The notes under the pieces are model-generated. The model saw only the letters and a program-made list of their open reading frames with translations. It had not been told where the DNA came from and did no database searches. The position numbers and the translations under genes are program-made. 64,000 nt of DNA, taken from assembly GCF_009914755.1 (NCBI RefSeq), contig NC_060929.1, one strand, 5' to 3'. Position 1 is the first letter of the stretch; each line of letters begins with the position of its first letter. Shown here piece after piece: positions 38,951 through 54,289 of the stretch. Origin of the DNA: the human T2T-CHM13v2.0 reference genome, Homo sapiens.

Positions 38951-41900
38951 AAGCAAGCGTGCTACAGTTTTGGTAAGATTTCATTTTGGCTAAAAACTTT
39001 CAAACTGTAAAAAAAAAACCTATATTAAATGTCGTAAAAAGTGGGGAAAATCGTTACTTTTATTCAACATTGTGAAGGCAATACTGGAAAAATCTTCCTA
39101 AGTAACTGTACTTTACAGTATGCTTTGAATTTTAAACGTGGGTATGCTTTGATTGAGCAATTCTAATTTGGGGATTTTTTTCCTAACAAGAAAAATGTGA
39201 ACAGTTGCACAAGAATGTAAATACGAGGATAGTCATAAAGGTAGATATTATAGGCACATAAAAGTATAGATGAAAAGGGGCTAGTTACATACTTCACAGC
39301 ATGTGCACATGAAAGAATTCAGTGTAGCTATTAAAAGGGTGTCATGTAATTTTTTTATTGACTTATTCAAAGCTGGCTATGTGTGAGACATTTATGTTTA
39401 TAGTAACATAGATTGAAAAAATAGAACTGGTCCTTTCCTCTTGGAACATTACAGCTTGGAAGTAGGGCCTAAAACAAGTAGATAGAATTATGTAACTGAG
39501 ATTACAGCAAAGAGAATTTCAGTGTCATTCAAAGGCACCGATGTAGGAAAATAGAAGCATGTTCTTCAGCCTTAAGAGACAGATGTTTGAGGACAGGCTG
39601 TGCTACCTACTTCACTTAAGATCTGGGAAAAGTTGTTTAGGAATCAAAATGATAGCTATTCACAAAATCATTTCGCATCTCATATATCATAATACATGTG
39701 AAGCATTTCAGATAATATCTGACATATATTAGGTGCTCAGTAAAACTAGGTATTGTTAATAATGTTATTATGATGATTCATTACCACTTTCCTTATTGAC
39801 TTGGAGAGCACTGCATACTAACTTCGTTGTAAGAAGGTAGTTGTAGAACCAAGGGTTCAATATGTTCCCATTTTTGAAAACCTAGGTGGATAAAAAGGAG
39901 AAAAAAGTTTTCCAAAATACTTTTCCCTTTAGGTATGGCAATTTGAGGGGAATTTCAACTTATTCTTTATAAATTTAATTGTTTTAATTGTCTATGATTG
40001 CCAATATTTTTGAGAGAGACAGCCAGATGTTATCCTATTGTGATTAGATTGCTAACTTTATAAAACTTACATGCTTAAAACACATGACATGGCAGACCTT
40101 CAACCATCATTCTAAAATATACAAACTGGAGTTAGTACTAGAACGTATTTATATTATTCTTTGCTACAATGTCAGAATACAAACATACGGCACACAAACA
40201 ATTGTTAGGAACTTAGGCAATAGATCTTTTCATGCTGCCCTGGTACAATGGTTCCATCTAGAGAAGAAAAGCCTGTGAATGTTGTCTGCTTCCTGAGTTA
40301 TTTCTGTGGCTGATGGAAAGGAGATAATTTACCTACCTAAAAGAAACAAAGTTCCTACAGTGTGGCAGGCACAGTGCTAGATAGTTTCTATCCATTCTCT
40401 CATTCTCTCATTTAAGGCTTACAATTATTCAAATAGGGAGGTATCACAGAGGTTTATCTTATCCATGAAAAAAAATCAAGGTTCATAAACATTAAGCAAC
40501 TTAACTACAACTACATAATTTGTAAGTAGCAGAAAAATGTAATAAAATAGTAACTTACATTACATGAGTCTATGATAAATGTACTCTCATACCGGAAAGT
40601 CATTTTATAAAAAAATCTTTTTTTGTGTGGCACAAAGTAAAAATTTAAATTTCAATTTTTAAAGACTTAATTTTTAGAACTAGTTTTCGAATGTTGCAAA
40701 CTTTTAAACAGTAAATACTATTCAAGGAGATCAAATAGAAGCTAAAAAATGTCTCTAGCTTATTACTAAGAATTTTTCATTTATTCATGCATTCAAATAT
40801 CTACCATTATATACTCTCATTTTTATAAACAAAATATAAATTATATAATTTAAAGCCTCTTTCAAGTCCAATGAATAATACTCTAATCTAAGCTTTCTAA
40901 GCTTTCTTCAGCTAAAGTTATCTTAACTTGCTCATTACACTTAGTGCTTTAATCTAAGCAGAATCAATTTTTTTAAAAAAGCAAGTGTAATGTTGCAAAG
41001 AGAGATTTTTATGGGGTGGTAAGAATGCCCTAAGTGATTGAAAGGTTGTGTCAATTCTTAAGGTAAATAACAAGACTTGTAAGCCTTTAAAAAGAAGTTT
41101 GCCACATAACTGCTTGTTTTTCTTAGCTCTAGTATGGGGGAGCACATATTAATACATTAAATACTGACTTTACAACAATTCCCATATTTATAAGGAAATG
41201 ATGAAAAGGGGAAAAAAAGACCTAAATGTTCTAGTTCACTGTTTAAATCTAAGTTCTGATATCTATTACTTGTATGATATTGGGTAAGTTTATTGAAATA
41301 TCTGCTTTATTATTTCCTTAGGTGTGAATTAAATAGAACTTAAAAACACGGATTGGTATAAGTATACCTACAGCAGTAGATATAAAGTATTCATTAAAAT
41401 AATTGGAACAACACTGTGATTGTAGCAAGCATTTGGTAAGTTTCAGTTGAAGTATTTAGAAACACCAAAATATGAAAGGCTTATATAGGAAATGGGATAT
41501 GTGTGCATCACAGAGAGATCATAGATATTTAATTAAATACATTTGATTTGTTTAATTAGTTGTTTCTTTCAAAGACATAGTTGGAGTCTCCTAGTTTGGG
41601 CCTAACATGCTTGAAATATTCTACTGTGGCCTCTTCTCAGGGTTTCATTTGATGTCATGTCTATATACATGTTAAGAAAATACTTATTTATATCTTTTAA
41701 AGGTGACTTAATGAATTGTTTGCTTGAAATCCTGTTGTGTCCTACCAGGCAAATTATAGAAAACTATGTACACAAAGCCAAATCCTAATGTATTTCTATT
41801 TAGGGGCATTAAATATACCATGCAAACATACATTTGACATTGTAGAAATAATATGTTCCCAGAGTGTAGTATGAACCAGGCTTCTATTTTGGGAAAATGC

Positions 41901-43297
41901 TCAAAGAAATCATCATGTTCAGGTAAACTCTATATGTACTTCTATCTCTTTTCTTTTCTACTATCTAACTGACCCAAAACCACACACTGAAACTCCCTTA
42001 GATGGATATAAGACATGAAGTCATTCAAAAGTTACCAAAAAAAGTCCACAAGCAGAGGCCTAGCTATATTAGAAACTTAAGTATATTAAATTACATTTTA
42101 TTTAAATTCAGCTTCCAAACAACAAATACCATTTACATATACAGAGGTGAATGCAAATCGAGTAATTTTAAACAAGAAGAAGCATTTTTAGAAACCCTAA
42201 AATGAAGAGTAATTATACTCATTTAGATAACCATCAAATCTATAGGATTTAGCTTTCAAGTGAATTAAGCATTGAAGAAGGATAGATTTATTTGACAGTC
42301 TGTTGAAGAGCTCCTCTGAATTGCAATATTTTTGGTTGATACACATGTGTACAAGACCAACTACTTTGAAAATGAAGTGCTGTGAAAAATGTCAAGAGAT
42401 CAATTTGGTGTAATCATTGCTCTGGACTTAAGCACTGTGGAATGAACTACAGTAAATTATTCAAGTATCTCATTCTGAAGGGCACATTAAATAGCATTTA
42501 ATTATGTCTGTTCAAAGCATGAAGGCATTTTTTAATGCAACATCCAAAATCTAAAATTAGTTTGAAAAATCTGTTTGAAACACTTGTATGCTCATAGAGA
42601 AACACTAAAAATCTCAGAAACTTTCCAAATAAAGATGCCATTAACTCTCAAAAGGAATGTTTCCCATTTAGTCACTTATCTATTGTTAATCTTATCTCTA
42701 AATTCTTATTGACTCTGTTGGCTGTAATTGTTGACACTGCAAACAATTTCTATTTACTCTTACTTAGCATGAAGCCTATAGCCCTGCAGGGAGTCCCTTT
42801 GAATTCACACAGTTAATTATTTCCTGCTCTCCAGGGAAGTGTTATTCTGGCAAAAGGAGAGGTGAGAGAGTTTATTAAACGGTGCCATAAGCTAGACAAT
42901 CATATTATGAAGGGATATGTATGAAGGCAGAGGGCAGATACAATATTAATAAGAAAAATTACTAACATTTGGAAACAAGGAAAAGGGAAGAGAGTAAGTC
43001 CTTTCAATGCCTTGTTTTAATAGTGGGTCCAAAACTTATGTAAATATCTAGACAAATATTTCTTTGTCTTATGTGCTACCCACTATTGATTAAAGGTCAA
43101 TACTCTGTTGAGTTACATAATAAATAGATTTTTTTTGTCAAGACAAATGCAAATGGTTCAGCCTAGTAGAAACTATAACATCAAAGGTCATGGTTTTATT
43201 TTCATGCAGAACATCAGTTTTGTATCTGGTCAAACAGATTTACTCTAGTCTAATGTTCATTATTCAAACGCTGACAAATACCCAGCTCTTGAAGTGC

Positions 43298-43642
<345 letters not shown>

Positions 43643-46600
43643 TGATGGGCTTAATTACATCTTATACATGTTCATTCTGTATTCTATTATAACCATGTTG
43701 AACTATCCTGTAGTTCAACAGGGGAACAAATTTTTGGTATTTTTTTACATGGAACTTCATGGTATACCTCCACTAATTGTAATGTATTTTGAAAATCTCG
43801 ACTTAGATGATGTCACATACAAATGTGACTATTAAAATTTCAACAACATATTATCTTTGTGAATTATTGCCAGGTTTGATCTCCTTCCATTAGTATTCTG
43901 TGTTCAAAAATCATCTGTGCAACTCATAATACATGTCTTACAATATTATTTTATTCATTTTTGGGAAGAAAATTGCCAACTCAAAAGCAATGTTCACAAT
44001 TTACAGTTCTTTCCTTGTGATTCTTTGATTCTGTGTCTCATTACTTCACCTAGAAAATATTCTGAGTATAGGAATAGTTTATTATTTTTCATAATTCATT
44101 GTATATAACATTTAGGTAGATGTACATTCAGTAATAAATTCATTTTTATTATAAAATGCAAGCATAACATATAAGCCACATTACCTTGTGGCTGTTTTAT
44201 TTTTAAAGTTATGTCAAAAAGTTTAATTTTCTTAGGATCATTAAGTCAAATGAATCTTAAGAGATAAAGAATTTCATACACATTGTTTAAAAATTGGAAA
44301 TATTCTGAGTATTATCTAAATTAAAATAATAGTTTGGACTATTATATATTAAAAATACTAAGGACAAAGGTTCATTTCACTGTTTTACTTTAGTTTCAGA
44401 AAAGTTTTGTATCCAAACTCTCTGAAGTATTACTGCAGTGAAGGCATGGCATCAATATGTGCTAATTGTGATGTGAATGAAGATACCAAACCTTAGAAAG
44501 AAGTCTCAGAAAATTTTTCATTAATATGTAATCACTGTCATCTTAGAATTAATGCCCTAAGAGAATGCCAGAAAAAAATACGTATGTATGATTATGGAAT
44601 AGATATTACTATATTTACATCCTCACTGATAAATGAAAGAAGCAAGAACTATGAAATTTAACTGTAAGTTATCAGGTATCAAGATATCTTTGGATGCATT
44701 TTTGTTATCTTTATAAAATTACTATTATATTTATATGACCAGATGACTTTCAAATTAATAACAAGAATAATATATGCTATTAAATATATTTAGCCCTTTA
44801 AAGGAAAGGTGTGGTTGGGCTTTTCAAGGTAGTTTAACCCTGAAACAGAAGAAATAATCTGTGCAAGATACTCTGCCTCCCACGTGCTTCAGACAGCCCC
44901 AAATGCTGGCTCGAGAGCACTGACCTTGACTTACAGAATCAAAATCTGTGGGCATTGGCTGAAAACTACATTTTAAATAAGCTTTTCAGATGATTCTTAT
45001 GACACTTTGGAATCTAACGTTAGGAAGCTAATGCTTAGCATCACTGGTCTTGAGAAATGATATAAACAGTTCTTTGAAACGAAGATTGAGTTCAAATTGT
45101 GTTACACTCTGTGATACCGTTAGAGTAGCACTCAAGTCACTGACGAAATCACAAGCAGTTTATACACTGAAACCTACTCTTGGTCATACAGGTTTTCACA
45201 CAATGACTATCCATTGATTGTTTACTACATCAACATTTTTTTTTTTTTTGGTAGGGCTTTGTGATATATTTGACTTCTAAGCATGAGTTTTGCCCTTTCA
45301 TCTCTAATGATTTAGAAAAAGAACCATAATTGTTTTGTCCAGTATTACATTTTCAAAGTGAGTTTCTCTTTTATATTTGTTTATATAGTTTAAATATTAC
45401 ATTTTATTTGTTCAGTATCATGTCTTAAATGCAAAGATTATATTCTGAATATTAGCTAGAATTTGAAAATGCCAAGTGAATTGGATCTGAAATAAAAAGG
45501 GGTTTGACGTTCTGTTTTTAAGGCAAAATGTTTATTCTACTTGAATTTTTACTTTCAAATGCAGAACTAAATCTCAACTTGTAAATATACAAGGATAGAC
45601 GAGAGTTTACTGAAGCAATGTGCTTACTCTTTTCAATATTAAAATAATACTTTTGCTTAGTATAATGCTAATATATAATATTAAACTATTATTCATGTCA
45701 TCTTCGTTTAAATTATATTTTACTTTCTGAAACATGACTTAAAGAATACAATTTGATTTGTGTTTTACAGGCCATAAAGTGTTTATATCTTTTTAATGTG
45801 TGATTATTTTTATGTGCAGTAAAGCATGGGTTGTCAGTTGGATATGTTGAAATGTATAATCTTTAAGCCTTTTATGGAGATTTCTGTGAATAGCACATCT
45901 TTTTCTATATATTTTCAACTGACAGTCAATGGGAAGTTAAAATTACAGCTACAGTTAGAGCCCCATGTTCTACTAAAAAGTCTGAAAACAAATTTTGCGG
46001 CAAGGTCGCCTACTTCAGCTCATTTCTTGCTATAAAAGACTGTTAACAAAATTGTTTTCACTAAAACTTTGATGATTTTGGCAGTTGATTCTCTGAGGTA
46101 AACTTAAGACCTATTAATGGAACAGAATGAGAACAATAAAAGGAGAACTAAACAGTCCTGAAATAAATTAGAAATATAGAAAAGTTATTAAATACTGCCT
46201 AACAGAGCATTATTTTACCTTTGAGGCTAATTTCTATTTTAAGTTGAAATCTATCATTTCATTTCTTACTGAAAAGAGTTCCTATACAAAACATTAAAAT
46301 TATAAAAAATACATAAGTCATCCAAAATAGTATATAAGTATATTGTACAATATTATTAAATTATAAAAGATACATAGATTAAAAGAAATATGGGAAATAA
46401 ATAATATAAATGTTTTACATACTTATGACAACTCTGTGTTTTAAAATAATATAAACGTTTTAAATACTTGTAACAATCCTGTGTTTTTAAAAAAAGTATT
46501 GGTGTGAATCATCTTTTATGTTATTTTATCATTTTATTGTTGCTTGAAAGGACAGGATTATTTCTAGAAGCTTAAGTAAGAAATTTAAATCTTTACAAAA

Positions 46601-47371
46601 ATTTTTTAAACAGTCACTCTTTCTCTTTCCACTAAACTAGTATGATATGTAGTACAGCAAGGTTATCAAATAATAGCATTTATAAATAACAGAACAAAAG
46701 CAAACTAGGGACATTATAATTAATGGATTATAATTAATTTTTCACACTATCAAGACATTATACATTTTTGCAAAGTGATATTGGTAGTTTGAGATGTTAC
46801 GGCAGTTCAAAAAAATAATAATGTATCACTAATCAACATACATTTATCCCACCTCCTGCTTCCTTTTTCCACTGCCTTCCATATTATGGGCGAAAAATGA
46901 TTTCAAAATTAGATAACTTTGTGGTTAAGGGAATGAACTCTGGTGCCAACATATCAAAGTTCAAAATCTAGCTCTATCTTTGACTATCTCTCTGGCTGAG
47001 GCCAAGTGACTTAATCTCTAAAACCTTCATCTTAACTTGTACAATGTATATTAAAACAGCATGTACTTTGGAAGGTTGGTGTGACCGTTAAGTTATAATG
47101 ACATCCAGTTTATTTTAAATGCTGTCAAGAGTACTAGCTGTTATCAAGCAAATCAGATTTGCATACAGCATTTGGCATGATGTCTAAAAAGGGACAGTAA
47201 ATCTGTAATGTGATTTCATACATCTAAGAATAATTCATTAGGTTTTATATTAGTGTAAAATACATCGGTTAAAAAATGCATTAACATTTGTTGTTTACAT
47301 CTTAAATTGCCAAACAAAGATAACAAACTGTACTTAAGAGCAAGAGATCTGGCTTTAGAAAACAAGAGTTC

Positions 47372-47526
47372 TACAGGGTCTTGATCTGTTTGCTCAGGCT
47401 GGAGTACAGTGGTGCGATCATAGCTCACTGCAGCCTAGAGCTTCCGGGCTCAAGTAATCCTCCTGTTTCAGCCTCCTGAGCAAGCTAGGACTACAGGCAT
47501 GCACCATGACACTCAGCTAATCTTTA
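47372..47526 (-). mobile_element. AluJ/FRAM-like single right-arm fragment
   Basis: acagggtct...caggctggagtacagtggtgcgatcatagctcactgcagcct...cagctaat; no left arm, no poly(T). Confidence 0.85.
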
Positions 47527-49364
47527 TTTGCAAAAATGTAAAACAATGCAGCTCTTCTATTATTTTTAAATACAGCTATTTTTCATAACAACAGATGACA
47601 TGCTAATATGCAATGAGTTGTTATTGTTATTTTAGAAAATTAAAAGGAATGTGTTCATAATTTCTTAGTTTTAATTTCTTATATGGTGAGCGTTGATAGA
47701 TCTTATCTACAGAAACAAAATCTCTTTATGGTCCTCAATAAATTTGAGAGTGTGTGAGACCAAAAAGTTTGAGAACTTCTGTATCATGCCATTTTATTTC
47801 CATGACCATAGCGGTAGCAAGGAATTTCAATGAGTTTTTCACAATCACAGGTTTCTTCTTAAAGCAAAAAAGTAAAACAAGAATAAAACTGATTAACTCA
47901 CATACTTTGGTTGAAGCATCTCTAATTATCACACCACTCAATCTTTATTACTTGATACTGGGCTCAGAATTGGACCCTGAATAAAGCCAGCTGACAATAA
48001 TCTTTCTTGGATCTAGAATTTAGATTCTGCTGGTGAAGTACATTAGATGACTGCAGTACTTAAAATGAAAATGCACCCAGTACCTGATTTAGCTTTCGTG
48101 ACATGGTGAGTCAAAGCCACATGCAAGCTAAAAGCTATGCAGTAGAGGAGATTGCATGAGTAAGCGAAGAAAGCTAGCTGGCAAAAAGAATCAAAATCAC
48201 AGAGAGGACAGAAACAGAGACAAGAGGCAATTATTTCAGTTGCCAAATATGAAGAAGCAACCCTAAATTCTGACATCCAGTCCGAGTTTCTACAAGCCAG
48301 TTAAATTTTTATTTTCTGACTTAGGATGTTCCTGAGATTTGCTGTGTTTCCTCGCAATCAATCTTTCTCTTTTGAGTATGTGTGTTACTCCGGTAATGTA
48401 TCTTTTATTGTAATAAGCTTTCATAGAAATATATGACATATATAGGAGGGTGGCCACACTTGTTTCAATATACACTTCAGTGATGTTTGTAAAGTGAAAG
48501 CACCTGTGTAATCACATCCAGCTCAAGAATTACATCACCAGTATCCAGATGTCTACACGTGTCCCCTTTGTTCACTGGTTTTCAACAAAGGTAACCTACC
48601 TCTGCTGTCAATTAACTTGAAATAATTATGTCATATGATATACTATTCTTTTTGTGTGGATTCATTCATTCCTCATTGTGTGTGTCGGATGTATCCATTT
48701 CATAAAACATAGCAGTAGCTTGATCTTTACATTGCTATATATTATTGCATATGACAAATTACCAATATTTATTTATGCATACTGTTATTGATGTATATTG
48801 GGTTGATTTAGTTGGGTACCATAATAAATAAGGTCAGTATAAATACACATATACTTGGCTTCAGGTGCCCACATGTATATGCATTATTTATGTGATACAT
48901 ACACAGAGCTAAGAGAAGAATGGCTAAAAATTTGTTTTTTTGTTTTTTGTTTTTTTTTTTTGCTACCCTTGGCCATTTACTTTTTCACATACAACTTATA
49001 ATTAGCTTATACCAAAAACGTAACAGCGCATACTCACTACCAGTTTATTCCCAAACAGCTTTCCAATGTAGCTATTTCTCCTTATCTCATTGGTTTCTAT
49101 GAGTTATATTCTGAGATAACCGCATTGCCTAATATATATTTTATATATATGTGTGCGTTTGATATATCTCCTGTGCTTTATCCCTCTCCTCATGATCTGT
49201 TTTGATGAATAGATTTTTAAAATAGATTTATTAACTTTTCTTTAATAGTGATTTACGTTCTATTTAAGAAACAAAATCATGATGTTATTCTCATGTGTCT
49301 TTTTCCCCAAAAGTTGTATTGTTTTAATATTCACCTTTAGCTCTACAATCCATCTGGGACTTGC

Positions 49365-49663
49365 TTTTTTTTTCCTCTAGAGACAGTGTCTAACTCTGTC
49401 TTCAGTGTGGAGTGCAGTGGCATGATCATATTTCACTGTAGCCTTAACCCCCTGGGGTCAAGTGATCTTCTTGCCTCAGCCTCCCAATGTGGCTGTGACC
49501 ACAGGTGCACACCACCATGTGTTTTTTTTTTTTTTAATTTTTTTGTAAAGACTGGGTCTCACCTTGCTCCCCAGACTAGTCTTGAACTCCTGGACTCAAG
49601 CAAGCCTCCTGCCTCAGCCACCCAAATTGTTGAGATTTACAGATGTGAACCACCACACCCAGG
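49365..49663 (-). mobile_element. AluJ
   Basis: Diverged dimer (gtgcagtggcatgatcat...tcaagtgatcttcttgcctcagcc). Confidence 0.88.
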
Positions 49664-50706
49664 GTCTTACTTTTGTATATGGTGTGAGACAAAGGTCATG
49701 GTTCAATTTTTTTGAATTGAATATTCAGTTGATTCAGAAACATATGTCAAAAAGGCCATGCATACACAATTGCATGGTGTGGCCACCACCTATATCACAA
49801 ATTATATGGCAGTATTTGTATAGGTAGGTTCTAATCTCTCCATTCTATTCCCTTATTCTATTTGTCTCTTCTGAGATTTCTATCACACTGCTTTACCATG
49901 TTGCATTATAATTAGCTTTGATGTAAAATAGTGCTAGCCCTCTACCCTTTTCTTCTTCAAGATTATTTTTGCTATCTTTGGCCATTTGCATTTTCACGTA
50001 CATCTTACAATTAGCTTGCACACAAAAACATACATGTGCACACACACCGACAGTTTATTTTTATTTTTTAAATGGATGCTACAGACCTATTTTGAAAGAA
50101 TTCACATCTTCACAACACTTAAATCCTTAACAAGGTATATATTTCCTTTTATTTATGTCTTCTTTGTTTTTTTCAGTAATGGCTTTAGGAATTTTGTATG
50201 TGTGTAAGTCTTAGATATCTTTCATTAGATTTATTTCTAACCATTTCATGTTTTCTGATACTCACACACCACACATATATATGGTGTGTTAAATTTATAA
50301 ATGTATATAAATTTATATATATGTAGTAGTTTAAATTTTAAATTTCTAATTTGGGGCTGGTCTATAGAAATAAAATTAGTGTTTGCATTGTGGCTTTCTA
50401 ACAGAAAATCTGCTAAAATTATTTACTAATTTCAGTTATTGATCTGTAGAATCTGTGCAATCGTTTATGTGCATAGTCATCCTCCTTTAAATATCACATT
50501 TAAAAATTTCTTCTTCATTAGATGTTACACTCATATTTCATGTTCTTTGCATTAGCAGAGGCCTCCTGTACAATTTTAAATAGAAGTCCTGGTAACAGAC
50601 ATTTTTTTACTTGTTGTTGATTTCCAGAAGAATGTTTTAATTATTTTTGCCAATAAATATGTTTGTTTTCAATACGTTTTTACCTGGTAAAGGAAATGCT
50701 GTTTTA

Positions 50707-51044
50707 TAGCTTCCCTTGGTATCTGTGAGGGATTCATTCCAGGACCCACCAGGGGTACCATAATCTGTGCATGCTCAACTCTGTGATATAAAATGACATA
50801 GTATTTGCACATAATATATGCACATCCTCCCATATACTTCAAATCATCATTAGATTGCTTATAACCTAATAAATGTAAATACTATGTAAATGGTTGTTGT
50901 ATTGTATTTTTTTAGGGAATAATGATAGCAAAAAAGTCTGTACATTTTCTGTACAAAGCCAATCATCAGGTCTTTTTGAATATTTTCTATGTATAGATAG
51001 TTGAATCCAACAATGTACTACTCATGGATATGGATGGCCATTTG
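50707..51044 (+). mobile_element. MER2 (Tigger-family DNA transposon)
   Basis: cccttggtatctgtgagggattcattccaggaccc...catggatatggatggcca, TA flanks, about 340 bp. Confidence 0.85.
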
Positions 51045-51787
51045 TATATCTAGTTTGCTAATAATTTTATAATAAATTGACATCAAATGTTAGCCAATTT
51101 TTTTTCTGTACCTCTTGAGAGAAATGTGTAATTTTTCTCCAACATCCTATAAAATTTTTGAAATTTATTGAGTTTCAAACTTAAATGACCATGTGTTTCA
51201 GAAATAAGTTCAGCCTAGCTATTTTTTATAGCTCTTGTATTTTTGTGTTAATATTTTTATGAGTTTTGAATTTATATTTAGGGGAGACTCTGGCTTTTGT
51301 TTTTCTTTTGTTATAATATCATTAGTTGATCTCAATAAACCATTACTGTCCTATTCTGCAGAAGAATTTATCTTAAAATGCTGTTATTTTAAATGAAAAT
51401 ATTGTAAAGGATTTACATCTGATGCCACCAGGCCTAGGGTTTTCCTTAGGGGAAGGTTTTTATAGTACTTGACTTTTAAAATCAAAGGATCTCTGATTAG
51501 AAAAATGAGATCTAGCAATTTATATTAATTTTTAAAAGGCCTAAACACACATATGGTCACAGCCAAAAAAAGTCATGATTTTAAAATGTGCTCATAAAAT
51601 GCATTATCTAATAACAATAAATCAGAGATATCAGATTGTGTCCAAAATGCTGTTTGCTCCAGAAGAGAATTACATGCGATATCATATAAATATGTACACA
51701 TGAGAAAAATCTTGCAATGCAAGATGAGGCTATTAACAGGAAAAGGCCAAATGGTTACCATCTAAGAATCTTCTGAAGATGAATTAC

Positions 51788-52240
51788 TGTATTTGTTTCC
51801 AATCTCTAGTATAATCAAATTACCACAAACTTGGTAGCTTACCACAAAACAAATTAATTGGTTTACAGTTCTGGAGTTCAGAAGTCCAAAATGAGTCTAA
51901 CAAGCTAAATAGTCTTGGCAGATTCATGCTCCTGGAGGTTCTGGGGGTCATCTGTTTTCTGTGCTGTTACAAGCTTCTGGATGCTGCCTGCATTTCTCAG
52001 CTTGCAGCCCCTTCTGCCATATCAGAGCACATCACACTCCACCTTCCTGGACTGTCACATCTCTCTCTGTTTTACCAACACTTGTGATTACTTCGGGCCC
52101 ACCCAGATAAACCAGGAGAATCTCCCATCTCAAGACCCTTAATCACGTCTGTAAAGTACTTTTTTTCCATGTGGTGCATTTAGAGGTTCTGAGGATTAGG
52201 ATGTGGAAATCTTTGGGGGACTACCATTCTGCCTGCTACA
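51788..52240 (-). mobile_element. MLT1C-type solo LTR
   Basis: tgtatttgtttcc...caaattaccacaaacttggtagctta...ccattctgcctgctaca. Confidence 0.8.
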
Positions 52241-52389
52241 ATGGTCTTGTTGAATATATAAATGTCCAATGGCTAAGCTCCATTCAAAGATACTTGGCTT
52301 GCTGAGAAACGACACAATTTTGACACTGCACAGAAAATGCAGACATTTCACATTAATCAAACTCAGAACAGCATTAGCCCAGAACACCA

Positions 52390-52602
52390 TTTTTTTTTTT
52401 TTTTTGAGACAAAGTCTTGCTCTGTCGCCCAGGCAGGAGTGCAGTGGCATAATCTTGGCTCACTGCAACCTCCGCATCCTGGGTTCAAGTGATTCTCCTC
52501 CCTCAGCCTCCTGAGTAGTTGGGATTATAGGCGCCCACCACTATGCCTGGCTAATTTTTGTATTTTTATTAGAGACGGGGTTTCACCATGTTGGCCAGGC
52601 TG
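52390..52602 (-). mobile_element. 5'-truncated AluS
   Basis: Poly(T), right arm, linker; stops inside the left arm at ggccaggctg. Confidence 0.92.
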
Positions 52603-54289
52603 AACATCAATGTATTTTAAATGTCATATAGGTTGCAATACTTTTTCCAGAATAACCACAATGGTCACTTCTTATAGATAGATTTGCGTAGAAAACCAAT
52701 TTAAAACCAGTTTCTGAGTGAATGTGGAATCAGAAAAAGAAGATTTAGTTACATAATAGACAACTTTACTATTAATGGGTGAACTATCTATTTCCACAAT
52801 AGTGGATAACATCCTTAGTAAGACTCTAATATCCAAAATTCATTATGTAATTCTTACTTCCTTGTCAATTTCTACCCTTGGCACTGGCATCCTTTGGCTT
52901 GGTCTGCTCTCTGTATCATTCCATTTTACCTATCCCTGTTCTAAATGATATAGTCTTCAATATGCCTTTATCTGTGGATCTAAGAATCTTTCTATCTCGT
53001 TCAAGTGACAGTGCACCTCCAAAATAAAATGTGCTGATTTTATAGTTTCACTTTCTAACATCAGTATAATTTTATTTATTTCAGAATTCTTGTCTGGATG
53101 GCAGAGGAATGGGGATAGGGCTAACGTGTGAGTAGAAACCTTTCCCAAATCAAAGGTTCATGACTAAGAGCATAATCCTGAATCCTTACAAAAAATATTT
53201 TGTGGAAACTAGAACCCTTCAACTTGAATTAGTGTTGCTTCAGAGATTATGTTATGCACAAAATGAAAGATAATCACGTAAAAGATAATTTATAATTTTT
53301 TTACTCAGTTTAAGTAATAACTCACAATACAACTTATAACAGCCCCAAATTGATCAAGATTCCCACATTATCTCCCTCAGGAGATAATGAATTCCCTGTT
53401 ATAAGTGCCTCAAACAACATTAACTGGATTATATTCAGGAGAAGATTCTAGCCTCAGATTGGTGTGAGATCCATGTAACCTCTGAATTTCTCCCCAGGCT
53501 GAGATACTCTGTTTTCAGAATAGAAACATCAGCTTTGGAAATGATACAAACCTCCAGCCTGGGCAGATCCCATCTCCCTATTATATATGTTTGCTTTCTA
53601 ACTGACTCACACATTTACTAAGAGAATGGAATGTAATTACATATTTTATGTTTAAAAGCATTTCCTAGGAGCAAAGCAGGAGAGAAGGACACTTCGAGAA
53701 ACAAAGATCAAATGAAGAGTTGCCACAGATGAGATGTCTTTAAGGGCATTGTCTTGCTGACTTTTTATCTGGCTGTGTTTCAAGCTCACTTTTCTGTTCT
53801 CTTAGTCCTAGCACTTTGTGGGAAATGAGGATGAGTAGTAAATGTGCAATTGGGTAGGTGTCAGGGATGATAAAAATGCAAAATAAAAACTAGATTTAAT
53901 TTGAAAATTTAATGCAATAGGAAACAATAGAAATAATTAAGGTTTAACTCTATTGCAAATAAAAGTTAGAAGACACTGTCTGAAGTAGCTAAAGTATCCT
54001 TAGAGCTAAAATTCTACTTGCTTGGTTAATAAAGGACAAGTATATCTTTAAAGTGCTCTAGCTAATGTTAGTTTACCTTTGGGAGGAAAAATAATGCGGT
54101 GATATATGATACTCATTACTTTTTGATATGTTAAAATAATAAATAAGGAAATTCAATTTTACTTTTTCATATTGAGAAAGGGTTGGAAACAAGAATTTGT
54201 GTAGGGCATCAACTTTGTAATGTTATTATCCTCATAATCATCAATTATATTGTCTAAAATTCTTAACACTGGAATGACTTATTTAGCTA

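Larger units (their letters stand above)
48480..51480 (-). mobile_element. Ancient L1ME-type element, interrupted by AluJ and MER2
   Basis: Antisense L1 3'UTR/ORF2 motifs (ttttgtatatggtgtgag; ttcattagatttatttct; ccaggcctagggttttc). Confidence 0.7.
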
